NCBI GenBank assembly: GCA_018897435.1
Contig: JAHIKI010000030.1
Coordinates: 9,447 to 73,446 of the forward strand
DNA: 64,000 nucleotides
From: Acidobacteriota bacterium
Lineage (GTDB): Bacteria > Acidobacteriota > Aminicenantia > UBA2199
Direction: 5' to 3'
Positions 46,577 to 54,862 of the stretch are shown here, in pieces. The position numbers and the translations under genes are program-made. The notes under the pieces are model-generated. The model did no database searches and had not been told where the DNA came from. It saw only the letters and a program-made list of their open reading frames with translations. Position 1 is the first letter of the stretch. Every line of letters starts with the position of its first letter.

Positions 46577-47744
46577 CGACGGTGCTCCCGGCCGGGATAT
46601 TGAGCTGCCCCGCGGCTACGCGCAACAGGGCGTTGGCTTGGCTTAAGGAATGAAGATGGGCCGAACCATGGTAAGCAAGCATGGTCGCCCGGCCCTGGAA
46701 ATAGCGGACGGGAACGAAAGAAGTGCGCGTTCCGTTTGAACGGCCGTAGGCCCCGGTCAATAGCGCCGGCACGACCAGGGGTTGGTAATCGTGCCCCAGC
46801 AGGCGCAGTAGTAGGGGTTTGATGAATATTTCGAAGATCACGAAGGTCGAAACCGGATTGCCGGGAAGACCGAAGACGATTTTTTCTCCACGGCTGCCGA
46901 AGACCGTGGGCATGCCGGGCTGCACGGCGATTTTTTCAAAATGCAGGGTGAGTCCGGCTTTCTTCATGGCTGTGGGCACGTAATCGAAATCTCCGGCCGA
47001 AACTCCGCCGGAAAGGATCAGGACTTGGCAGTTGTCCAGGCAGGAATCGATAGCCTCAACAGTGGCCTGAGCGTTGTCGGCGACACGACCCATGGTCAGG
47101 GGACTGGCGCCCAGGGCGCATAGTTGGGCGGCCATTGAATAGTAATTGCTGTTGTATATCTGGCCGGGCCCCAGGGGCTTGCCGGGCTCAACCAACTCCG
47201 AGCCGGTGGTGATGATGCCGACCCGTGGCGGCCGGGCCGTCGGCACCTCGGCAAGTCCCAGCGAAGCGAGCAGTGCGATCTGAGCGGCCTGCAGGAGCGT
47301 GCCTTTTGCCAGGACCGCTTGCCCGGCCTGGAAGTCTTCGCCTTTATAGCGGATGTTGCGGTTTTTGTCTTCAGAATTGATCTTCATGACACCGTTTTCT
47401 TCACTGGTACATTCACGCTTGACCACGCAATCGGCGCCGGCTGGAAGCATGGCGCCGGTCATGATCTTGGCGCAGTGTCCGGGGGTGACGGCCAGGCGGG
47501 GTGGTGTGCCGGCGGCGATGGTTTCGATGATTTCATAAGCAGGGGATTGGTCTTCTGAGATATACGCGTAGCCATCCATGGCCGATTTATCGAATTCGGG
47601 CATGGCCAAAGGAGAGTGAATGTCGGAGGCGAGGATCCGATTTTGCGCAGCCAGCAGCGGCACGGTTTCATTGAGGACGACGACCGGGAAGGCGGCGATG
47701 ATCTTTTCCGCTGCTTCGACGCTGATCAGGAGCTTTTCACTCAT
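46560..47744 (-). CDS. moeA: molybdopterin molybdenumtransferase MoeA
   Basis: Contains LISVEAAEKII, SGGVSAGDFDY and LPGNPVS. An in-frame TAA at 47765-47763 precludes a longer N-terminus. Confidence 0.9.
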   Translation of the reverse strand: MSEKLLISVEAAEKIIAAFPVVVLNETVPLLAAQNRILASDIHSPLAMPEFDKSAMDGYAYISEDQSPAYEIIETIAAGTPPRLAVTPGHCAKIMTGAMLPAGADCVVKRECTSEENGVMKINSEDKNRNIRYKGEDFQAGQAVLAKGTLLQAAQIALLASLGLAEVPTARPPRVGIITTGSELVEPGKPLGPGQIYNSNYYSMAAQLCALGASPLTMGRVADNAQATVEAIDSCLDNCQVLILSGGVSAGDFDYVPTAMKKAGLTLHFEKIAVQPGMPTVFGSRGEKIVFGLPGNPVSTFVIFEIFIKPLLLRLLGHDYQPLVVPALLTGAYGRSNGTRTSFVPVRYFQGRATMLAYHGSAHLHSLSQANALLRVAAGQLNIPAGSTVDVRYL

Positions 47745-47790
47745 GGGGCCGGTAGTGAACCTTTATAAATAAATAAAATGTTTTACGCAT
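47737..47790 (-). CDS. 17-codon leader ORF (MRKTFYLFIKVHYRPHE) overlapping the moeA start
   Basis: ATG 47790 lies 7 nt after the GGAAAGGAG that forms the 3' side of the riboswitch P1. Its TGA (47739-47737) overlaps the moeA ATG (47744) as ATGAGTGA. moeA has no SD of its own. Confidence 0.3.
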   Translation of the reverse strand: MRKTFYLFIKVHYRPHE

Positions 47791-47793
47791 GGT

Positions 47794-47891
47794 TTTCTCC
47801 TTTCCAGTCGGGGAGGCCGAACCGTTTCCGGTTCGGCCCTCGCGGTTCAAAGGCCTGGTCTTGAGACTTTAGCTCTTTAAACTCGGAGAAA
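47794..47891 (-). promoter_or_regulatory. Moco (molybdenum cofactor) riboswitch candidate
   Basis: The minus-strand RNA reads UUUCUCCGAG...GUCUC...GGCCGAACCG-GAAA-CGGUUCGGCC-UCCCCGACUGGAAAGGAGAAA. P1 is UUUCUCC/GGAGAAA and sequesters the SD. There is a 10-bp GNRA-capped hairpin (47815-47838). The conserved CUCCGAG, GCCUCCC and AAAGGAG blocks are as I recall for the Moco motif. It sits directly upstream of a Moco biosynthesis operon. Confidence 0.65.
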
Positions 47892-47895
47892 TCCC

Positions 47896-47924
47896 ATCTT
47901 AGCAAAAAACCATCCCCTGGTCAA
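47896..47924 (-). promoter_or_regulatory. sigma70-type promoter candidate for the riboswitch-moa operon
   Basis: On the minus strand: TTGACC (47924-47919), a 17-nt spacer, then TAAGAT (47901-47896). It lies very close to the 5' arm of P1, so the exact TSS and P1 length are uncertain. Confidence 0.35.
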
Positions 47925-47993
47925 TCCCCGGAAGGGCGCTGTTGCGATATTCTACCCATGTTTGCATCTTGTTCACATTTTTTCCTCGCCTTC

Positions 47994-48022
47994 TTGACAA
48001 AATCGGTGTCATGGCTTATATT
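47994..48022 (+). promoter_or_regulatory. sigma70-type promoter candidate for the metallopeptidase gene
   Basis: TTGACA (47994-47999), a 17-nt spacer, then TATATT (48017-48022). This implies a ~100-nt 5' UTR. Confidence 0.45.
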
Positions 48023-48127
48023 GTCCCCACATCCCTCCACTTAAGATATAGCTACAGAACGGAACCGCCGTTCGGTCGATATGATGGGAGAGTTTTCCCT
48101 GGTCCCTTGGAGGGGTCAAAGGGTATT

Positions 48128-49165
48128 ATGAGCGCCAAGACCATCCAATCCCTGGTTCAGAGCTGGGAAACGGTCCGGTTCGAGCTTCTGAATAGCCGAA
48201 TCTCCGACCTCAACCTGAGCCTGGCCGGCTCCCCCGTCGAGCCCCTGATCCGCCGCCTGCACCGGGAGATGGAGGCCAAGGGCTTCCGTTTCAAACCCGC
48301 AGTGTACCTGACCGACAGCTGGGGTTGTCCCGACCGGTCCCCGGTCATCGGTATCCCGTTTTACCTGGCCGACAGCCGCCTGGCCCGAATCGAGGAGGAG
48401 CAGACCGGGGAAATTGAAGACAGCAAACGGATCATGGCTCTTTTGCGCCACGAGGCCGGCCACGCTATCAATTATGCCTACCGGCTATGGCGACGGCCGG
48501 GTTGGGAGGAGGTGTTCGGGCGTTTCACGCGTCCTTACCGGGACGTCTTCCGACCCGACCAGCTGAGCCGCGAGTATGTCAAGCACCTCTCCTCCTTCCC
48601 TTACGGCCGCACCTATGCCCAAAAGCATCCCGATGAAGATTTCGCCGAAACATTTGCCGTCTGGCTGACGCCGCACTCCGGCTGGCGGGACCGCTACCGG
48701 AACTGGCCGGTGATGAGGAAGCTGCAGTACTTGGGCGAGCTCATGAAGGAGATTTGCCGTCATACCCCCGAAAATTCCCGGGTGCGTCTACTTCGCCCAG
48801 TTGATTCCATGACCATCCTGCTCGCCGACAATTACGGAAAAAAGGCAGAGCGCTACCGGCGGGCCGCTCGGGGCTACGTGGATGACCGGCTGCGGGAAGT
48901 TTTTCCGCCGGTTCGCGGCTTGCTGCTGCGCCCGGCTTCGCTACTGTTCCGCAAGCTCCATTCACGCCTGCTCGGCCGTGTCGTCCTCTGGTCAAAACTA
49001 ACCGAGCGTGAGGCCGTAGCCATCCTGCGCAAGCTGGAAATCCGCTCCGACGCCCTGAAGCTCTTCTACCGGCCCGGACAGGAAGGGGAGCGGATAATGG
49101 ATGTCGTTTCTCTGGCCGTCGCCCTGGCGCTGGACTACGCCTATACAGGCCGCTTGACTGGGTGA
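48128..49165 (+). CDS. putative zinc-dependent metallopeptidase (HExxH; 'putative zinc-binding metallopeptidase' family)
   Basis: Contains LLRHEAGHAINYAY (HExxH) and a downstream EDFAETFAVW. The start is set at ATG 48128 (MSAKTIQ...). The longer ORF-track start would run through the promoter region. Confidence 0.65.
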   Translation: MSAKTIQSLVQSWETVRFELLNSRISDLNLSLAGSPVEPLIRRLHREMEAKGFRFKPAVYLTDSWGCPDRSPVIGIPFYLADSRLARIEEEQTGEIEDSKRIMALLRHEAGHAINYAYRLWRRPGWEEVFGRFTRPYRDVFRPDQLSREYVKHLSSFPYGRTYAQKHPDEDFAETFAVWLTPHSGWRDRYRNWPVMRKLQYLGELMKEICRHTPENSRVRLLRPVDSMTILLADNYGKKAERYRRAARGYVDDRLREVFPPVRGLLLRPASLLFRKLHSRLLGRVVLWSKLTEREAVAILRKLEIRSDALKLFYRPGQEGERIMDVVSLAVALALDYAYTGRLTG

Positions 49166-49232
49166 TGCCAAGCCGACGAGCCCTGCGAGACGGCCCGGGC
49201 TTCAGAGAAGACAAATCTCCGGCCACGGCCTC

Positions 49233-50450
49233 TTACTCGTAGCGCAGGGCTTCGATGGGGTTGAGAGCGGCAGCTTTGCGGGCCGGGTAGTAGCCGAAAA
49301 ACACGCCCACGGCGCCGGCAAAACCAAAGGAGAGCAGCACGTTTTCCAGGGCGATGACCGTGTTCCAGTCGGTGGCCAGGTGGACGATATAGGTAGCGCC
49401 AAAACCGATCATGACACCGATCAGACCGCCGGAAAGGCTGAGCACGATGGCCTCGATGAGAAACTGCACCAGGATATCGCGGCTGCGGGCGCCGACGGCC
49501 ATGCGGATACCGATCTCGTGGGTGCGTTCGGTGACCGAGACCAGCATGATGTTCATGATGCCGATGCCGCCCACCAACAGGGAAATGCTGGCGATGGAGG
49601 CCAGCAGGATGGTCAGGACACGGGTGGTCTCCTGGGCGGTAGAAGCGATGTCGGTCTGGTTGCGCACGGTGAAATCAGCGTCCTCGCCCTCGGCTAGTTT
49701 GTGGGATTCGCGCATAATGGAGGTGATCTCGGCCTGGGCTTGTTCCATCTGATTCAGGGAAGCGGCCCGGGCCAATATCTGGTGGATATGCGGTTGGCCG
49801 CTCAAGCGGTAATAAACGGTGGAATAAGGGGCGATGATCACGTCGTCCTGGTCCTGGCCGAAGGCGCTCTGGCCTCTTTCTTTTAATACGCCGATGACCC
49901 TGAAAGGGACGTTGCGCAGGCGGAGCTGCTGGCCGACGGGATCTTCGTTGGCGAAAAGGTTTTTCACTAAGGTCTGGCCGATGACGCAGATCTTGCTCTG
50001 GGCGCGAATGTCGTTGGCCGTGAAAAAATCACCGGAACTCAATTTCCAGTCACGGATGGCCAGGTAACCTTCGGAAACGCCGTAAACAGAGGAATTCCAA
50101 TTGCCGCTGCCGCCGATGACCTGGACGCCGCTGCGCACCACCGGCGAGATAGCCTCCAGCAGGGTGCTGTTTTTCTTGAGCCACTCCACGTCGTCGAGGG
50201 TCAATCGCACACCCTGGTCTGAACCCATGTGTACGCCCCGCTGCTGACTCGAGCCGGGGAATACCATGATCAGGTTGGTGCCCATGCTGGAAATCTGGTT
50301 CTGGATGCGTTGTTCGGCTCCCTTGCCGATGGCCACCATGACGATCACGGCGCCGACGCCGATGATGATGCCCAGCATGGTGAGCAGGGTGCGCAGCTTG
50401 TTCTTGACGATCGACTTGAAAGCCACCTTGATCAGATTTTTCCATTTCAT
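49233..50450 (-). CDS. MacB-type ABC transporter permease (MacB periplasmic core plus FtsX domain)
   Basis: The start overlaps the ATPase stop (ATGA at 50447-50450). It has four TM helices, a large periplasmic loop and the C-terminal FtsX motif GGIGIMNIMLVSVTERTHEIGIRMAVGA. Confidence 0.85.
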   Translation of the reverse strand: MKWKNLIKVAFKSIVKNKLRTLLTMLGIIIGVGAVIVMVAIGKGAEQRIQNQISSMGTNLIMVFPGSSQQRGVHMGSDQGVRLTLDDVEWLKKNSTLLEAISPVVRSGVQVIGGSGNWNSSVYGVSEGYLAIRDWKLSSGDFFTANDIRAQSKICVIGQTLVKNLFANEDPVGQQLRLRNVPFRVIGVLKERGQSAFGQDQDDVIIAPYSTVYYRLSGQPHIHQILARAASLNQMEQAQAEITSIMRESHKLAEGEDADFTVRNQTDIASTAQETTRVLTILLASIASISLLVGGIGIMNIMLVSVTERTHEIGIRMAVGARSRDILVQFLIEAIVLSLSGGLIGVMIGFGATYIVHLATDWNTVIALENVLLSFGFAGAVGVFFGYYPARKAAALNPIEALRYE

Positions 50451-51217
50451 GAGGGAACTCCTTGGCCGGCGAAAGTTTTCCATTGGCCGGTTTCCAGGTC
50501 CTTGGCGGCGTCATGGGGCTGCGAAAGCGCCTGGTCGCGGATGATCAATCCATCGCGGAATTCGATGACGCGGCGGCAGTAGTCGGCGAGGTCGTGTTCG
50601 TGGGTGACCAGGATGATGGTGATGCCCTGGCAGTTCAGTTCCTGGAAAGTGGCCATGATCTCGATGCTGGTGCGGGTATCGAGGTTGCCGGTGGGTTCGT
50701 CGGCCAGGATGATGGCCGGCTGATTGACCAGGGCGCGGGCGATGGCCACCCGTTGCTGCTGGCCGCCGGAAAGCTGGTTGGGATAATGATGGGCCCGATC
50801 TGTCAGGCCCACCCGTTCCAGCGCCTGGCTGGTAAGCAGGCCGATATCCTGGTTTGGGACGTTGCGCGTGTACAACAGCGGCAATTCCACGTTTTCAAAG
50901 GCAGTGGTCCGGGCCAGGAGGTTGAAGCCCTGGAACACGAAACCGATCTTGCGGTTGCGGATGTCGGCCAGTTGGTCACGGTCCAGGTCATTGACATGGA
51001 TGCCGTCCAGGAAATAATCGCCGCTGCTCGGATAGTCCAGGCAGCCGAAAATGTTCAGCATGGTCGATTTCCCCGATCCGGAAGCGCCCATGATCGCCAC
51101 CATTTCGCCGGTGTTGATGGCCAGGTTGATGCCCTTCAATGCTTCCACCTGAACTTCGCCGCTGTCGTAAATTTTTGTCACCCCCTCGGTGCGGATGACG
51201 GCTTCTTTGCTGTTCAT
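50447..51217 (-). CDS. ABC transporter ATP-binding protein (MacB/LolD-like)
   Basis: Walker A is GASGSGKST, the signature is LSGGQQQRVAIARAL and Walker B is ILADEPTGNLD. Confidence 0.93.
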   Translation of the reverse strand: MNSKEAVIRTEGVTKIYDSGEVQVEALKGINLAINTGEMVAIMGASGSGKSTMLNIFGCLDYPSSGDYFLDGIHVNDLDRDQLADIRNRKIGFVFQGFNLLARTTAFENVELPLLYTRNVPNQDIGLLTSQALERVGLTDRAHHYPNQLSGGQQQRVAIARALVNQPAIILADEPTGNLDTRTSIEIMATFQELNCQGITIILVTHEHDLADYCRRVIEFRDGLIIRDQALSQPHDAAKDLETGQWKTFAGQGVPS

Positions 51218-51236
51218 GTTCCTTTCCTTGAGCGGA

Positions 51237-52508
51237 TCATAGTATGCGCATGCGCCGCGGTCCCGGCGCGGCCTGTTCCTCGGCTGAAAGTGTGATACTC
51301 TTGATTACTTCCGTACCTTCCTCGATCTCTCCGGAAACGATTTCGGTCATCTGTCCGTCGCTGATCCCGGTCTTGATGCGGACGGCCTTCGGCATGCCGG
51401 AAGGGTCAAGAACCCATAGCGTGGCGATGTCCTTGGGTCTTTTTCCCATGCCGTTCCCAGCGAATCCCGGCAAGCTGCCGCCGCTGGGCGCAGCCGCTGT
51501 GGCGGACTTTCCGCCCGGGGATTTTTCGCTGCCGCTACCCGTTCTTGCTGCGAATTCCTTCATCAGTTCCGCTACCATCTCCTGGCTGGGTTTCAAGCGC
51601 AAGGCAGCGTTGGCCACGCGCAGAACGCTTTTAGCCTGGCCGATCAGAAAATCGATGGTGGCGGTCATACCGGGAAGGAGCAGTCTTTCATTGTTGGCTA
51701 CGTTGATGACCACGGTATAATTGACCACGTTGTTCACCGAGGTCGGTTCCAGGCGGATCTGGCTGACCCGGCCTGAAAACTTTCTGTCGGTCTGGGCCTG
51801 GACGGTGAAGCGCACTTCCTGGCCTTCCTTGATCTGGCCGATATCGCTTTCGTCGACGTTGGCCAGTATCTGCATTTTGGAAAGGTCGTTGGCGATCAAA
51901 AACAAGGTGGGAGAAGAGAAACTGGCGGCCACGGTCTGGCCGACATCTATGTTGCGGGCGATTACCAAGCCGTCGATGGGGGCGTAAATGGAGGCATAGC
52001 TGAGGTTGATCCGTGTCCGTTCCAGGCTCGATTGCGAGGCCTTCATATTGGCTTGCGCCAATTCTAAATTGACCTGCGCCTGTTCCAGGTCATTCTTGGT
52101 TTTGATGCTTTCCTTGAACAGGTATTGCATGCGCTCCAGGTCCTGCTTGCTTTGCTTCAGCTGGGCCTTGCTGCGATCATAGGAGGACTCGGCTTCCGAC
52201 ACGGCCATGAGCAGGGAAGAGGTGTCGAGCATGGCAAGCAGCTCGCCCTTCTTCACGATCTTGTTGAAATCGGTGTAGATCTTGGCGATGCGCCCCGAAA
52301 CCTGGGTGCCCACCTGGACCGTGGTCACTGCGCCTAGCGTGCCGGTGCTTGACACCACGGCCTCCAGATCGCCTCGGTCGATCTCGACCATTGTATATCT
52401 GCCTGCGGTTTCTTTTCCATTGCGGGTGAGAAACCAGACCAGCGCTGCGACCAGCACCATGACCATTATGCTAATGACAAATTTTTTCTTATTGCTCTTC
52501 ATGACCAT
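51237..52508 (-). CDS. periplasmic adaptor (HlyD/MacA-type membrane fusion protein)
   Basis: An AGGAGG SD precedes the start. The protein has an N-terminal anchor, a coiled-coil hairpin region, a lipoyl-like motif (VGTQVSGRI...V.KGELLA) and beta-barrel domains. Confidence 0.85.
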   Translation of the reverse strand: MVMKSNKKKFVISIMVMVLVAALVWFLTRNGKETAGRYTMVEIDRGDLEAVVSSTGTLGAVTTVQVGTQVSGRIAKIYTDFNKIVKKGELLAMLDTSSLLMAVSEAESSYDRSKAQLKQSKQDLERMQYLFKESIKTKNDLEQAQVNLELAQANMKASQSSLERTRINLSYASIYAPIDGLVIARNIDVGQTVAASFSSPTLFLIANDLSKMQILANVDESDIGQIKEGQEVRFTVQAQTDRKFSGRVSQIRLEPTSVNNVVNYTVVINVANNERLLLPGMTATIDFLIGQAKSVLRVANAALRLKPSQEMVAELMKEFAARTGSGSEKSPGGKSATAAAPSGGSLPGFAGNGMGKRPKDIATLWVLDPSGMPKAVRIKTGISDGQMTEIVSGEIEEGTEVIKSITLSAEEQAAPGPRRMRIL

Positions 52509-52680
52509 TGCTTTCCTCCTGGGTTAGTTTCATTATAACCGTTTATTCTGGTAAATCGCTGTTACGTTGCCCGAGCAAAAAATGTTTTTATATTAGCTAT
52601 AACAAATTTAATAGCTTTTTCTTGCATTTTCATGATTGATTTTTATTTTTTTTGCGGATACCATTCCCTGGGAGATCAAT

Positions 52681-53808
52681 ATGAAATGGATTGACTGGAA
52701 ATCCGAAGACGCAGGCCTGATCCGCCGGGTGGATGCCTTGGATCTGTTCAGGTTTTTTGTCCTTTTTTTCATGATCCAGGGGCATTTGTTCCGCGCCTAC
52801 CTAATGCCGGCCATTCGCCAGGAGTACTGGTACAAAATTCACGAGGTGCTTCACGGTTTTGTTGCCCCCGGTTTTTTATTCGCCGCCGGCTTTGCCGCTT
52901 TCCTCTCCTTTCACAATAAGCGCCAGAATTACATCCATTTGGACAGAGCTTTTTTCAAGCGCCTGCGCCGCATCCTGTTCGTTATCGCTGTCGGTTACTG
53001 GATTCACCTGCCGCTCCTCTCGTTACGCAAAACAATACGATTTCTACGCATGGGCAAAGCCGATGACTTCCTGCGGGTGGACATCCTGCAATGCATCGGC
53101 GTCGCGCTTTTGTTCTTCACCCTGCTGGCCGTGCTGCTAAAAAATGAAAAGATCGTCGTCCTATTTTCGGCTCTGGCCGGAGTACTTTTCTTCCTGCTGC
53201 CCGAAACAGTGAAGGGCATCCGCCTGCATGCGGTCATTGATCCCTATTTAAGATACGATATCTCCATGTTTCCGATCTTTCCCTGGGCCGGATTCCTGTG
53301 CATTGGCATCGTCACGGCCTATATATTTTCCTTACTAAAAAAAGAGGTTTTTTTCAAGCTGCTTCTGTTGTCGGGCATTCTGATCTTTCCCTGGTTTTTT
53401 ATCTTGTCCGGCAAATTGCATTTCAAAACCGCACTCACACTGATCGGCAACCTGAACAAGGCGGCTGGGATCTTCCTGCTGCTGTGGATTTCCTACTGGC
53501 TGCTGCGGCGCTTTGACGGCCGGTTTTTGCGGCTATTGAAAAGGGCGGGGACCGAATCTCTGTTCGTGTACGTGCTGCATCTTTTCATCATCTTCAATTC
53601 CATTTTTCGCCCGGGGCTAAAAGCACTTTTTCAAAATTCCTTGAATGTGCTGCAGGCGCTGTTTTTATTTTTTATCGTGCAGTTGGTGGTCTTTGCCGCT
53701 TCCCTTCTATACAACTACATGAAGGAAAAACAGCCGTTCTGGTGGCGGCTGGGATTCAACGCCTTCTGGCTGATATTTTTCGTAATTTTTGCGATCAAAC
53801 CACATTGA
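52681..53808 (+). CDS. polytopic membrane protein, DUF1624 / heparan-alpha-glucosaminide N-acetyltransferase-like (acyltransferase-type)
   Basis: The N-terminal pattern RVDALDLFRFFVLFFMIQGH resembles the R-x-x-x-D-x-x-R...H motif of DUF1624. It has about 10 TM helices. The start is set at ATG 52681. Confidence 0.55.
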   Translation: MKWIDWKSEDAGLIRRVDALDLFRFFVLFFMIQGHLFRAYLMPAIRQEYWYKIHEVLHGFVAPGFLFAAGFAAFLSFHNKRQNYIHLDRAFFKRLRRILFVIAVGYWIHLPLLSLRKTIRFLRMGKADDFLRVDILQCIGVALLFFTLLAVLLKNEKIVVLFSALAGVLFFLLPETVKGIRLHAVIDPYLRYDISMFPIFPWAGFLCIGIVTAYIFSLLKKEVFFKLLLLSGILIFPWFFILSGKLHFKTALTLIGNLNKAAGIFLLLWISYWLLRRFDGRFLRLLKRAGTESLFVYVLHLFIIFNSIFRPGLKALFQNSLNVLQALFLFFIVQLVVFAASLLYNYMKEKQPFWWRLGFNAFWLIFFVIFAIKPH

Positions 53809-53905
53809 TCTCGCCCGGACAACTGGCAGGCACCCGCAACAACCGTCAGGCAGCACTTTGATTTCCTTTTTGTTAGTGATATAATATTCACTTCAGGAGG
53901 TCCAA

Positions 53906-54841
53906 ATGAAAAAAGTTCTGCTCATCGTGGCGCTGGCCATTTTTTTGTCTGTTTCTCTTTTTGCCCAGTCCGGTGTGTCCGGCAAAGGAAAAATTAAGGG
54001 CATCGTGCTTGACGAAAGCGGCAAGCCATTGGCAGGCGTGACGATAAAACTTTTTTCGCTCAGGTCCCAGGCATATTTCCAGCCCAATCCCAAAACCGAC
54101 AGCGAAGGCAGATGGAAGGCCATTTATTTGCGCGGCGGCTCCTGGAATATCGATTTTGAAAAAGCGGGCTATGAAACCAAGAAGATCAGTTACGGGGTGG
54201 ACGAAACACCTGGAGCCAAGCAGCCGGAAATCGAGGTCAAGCTGACAAAAATCGAAGGCATTGCCCTGACCGATTCCATTGTCAGCGAACTGGAAAAAGG
54301 AAATTTGCTGTTCTTGCAAAAGAAGTACCAGGAAGCCATGCTGGCTTATGATGATATTTTAAAGAAAAATCCCGATGTGTTCATCATTTATAAAAATATC
54401 GGCAACTGTTATTTTGCCTTGGAAAAGTATGACCGGGCCGTGGAGTTTTACCAGAAACTCTTTGAAAAGCAGCCCAAGAGTGCCGAGATCATGACCCTGA
54501 TCGGCAATTCCTATGTCAATGCCAAGAACATGGAAAAGGCGATGGAATGGTACGGGAAGATCCCTTTTGAAGAGATCAAGGATGCCGATACCCTTTACAA
54601 TATCGGCGCCAATTTAACCAACAACAACAAGAACGATCTGGCTTTGAAATATTTTAAAAGGTCGGTGGAAGTGGACGCTGATTTTGCCGAAGGTTATTAT
54701 CAGCTGGGCATGACCCACACCGCGTTGAACCAGATACCCGAAGCCCTGAAAGCCTTGAAAAAATTTATGGAACTGGCGCCCGACTCTCCCAATCTTGGAA
54801 CGGCCAAGGCCATTATTGATGCTTTTTCGAAGGTGAAATAA
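53906..54841 (+). CDS. secreted protein with a carboxypeptidase-regulatory-like beta-sandwich and TPR repeats
   Basis: An AGGAGG SD and a signal peptide are present. KIKGIVLDESGKPLAGVTIKL...TDSEGRW is typical of the CarboxypepD_reg fold. The C-terminal half has TPR units (AMLAYDDILKKNPD, AVEFYQKLFEKQPK). Confidence 0.6.
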   Translation: MKKVLLIVALAIFLSVSLFAQSGVSGKGKIKGIVLDESGKPLAGVTIKLFSLRSQAYFQPNPKTDSEGRWKAIYLRGGSWNIDFEKAGYETKKISYGVDETPGAKQPEIEVKLTKIEGIALTDSIVSELEKGNLLFLQKKYQEAMLAYDDILKKNPDVFIIYKNIGNCYFALEKYDRAVEFYQKLFEKQPKSAEIMTLIGNSYVNAKNMEKAMEWYGKIPFEEIKDADTLYNIGANLTNNNKNDLALKYFKRSVEVDADFAEGYYQLGMTHTALNQIPEALKALKKFMELAPDSPNLGTAKAIIDAFSKVK

Positions 54842-54862
54842 GGGTATCGTCGCGACGGATCC

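Noticed and set aside
47942-48127. The long N-terminal extension of the metallopeptidase ORF (ORF-track start at 47942).
   Set aside because: The extension would run through the divergent promoter region and the predicted TTGACA-17-TATATT promoter, and it has odd composition. The conserved part of the family begins near MSAKTIQ (ATG 48128).
47900-49232. A higher-GC stretch around the metallopeptidase gene, considered as a horizontally acquired island.
   Set aside because: The neighbouring moa genes and several other core genes (sucCD, feoB, secD) look equally GC-rich by eye. There are no mobility genes or flanking repeats. I cannot support the idea without computed statistics.
49179-49251. 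The 9-bp inverted repeat AGCCCTGCG / CGCAGGGCT downstream of the metallopeptidase gene, considered as a terminator.
   Set aside because: The arms are 55 nt apart, the right arm lies inside the macB-like coding region and there is no U-tract. It is not convincing.
52595-52616. The inverted repeat AGCTAT-N10-ATAGCT between the divergent macA-like and DUF1624 genes, considered as a possible operator.
   Set aside because: The arms are only 6 bp, in an AT-rich region, and no regulator gene is adjacent. It is likely chance.
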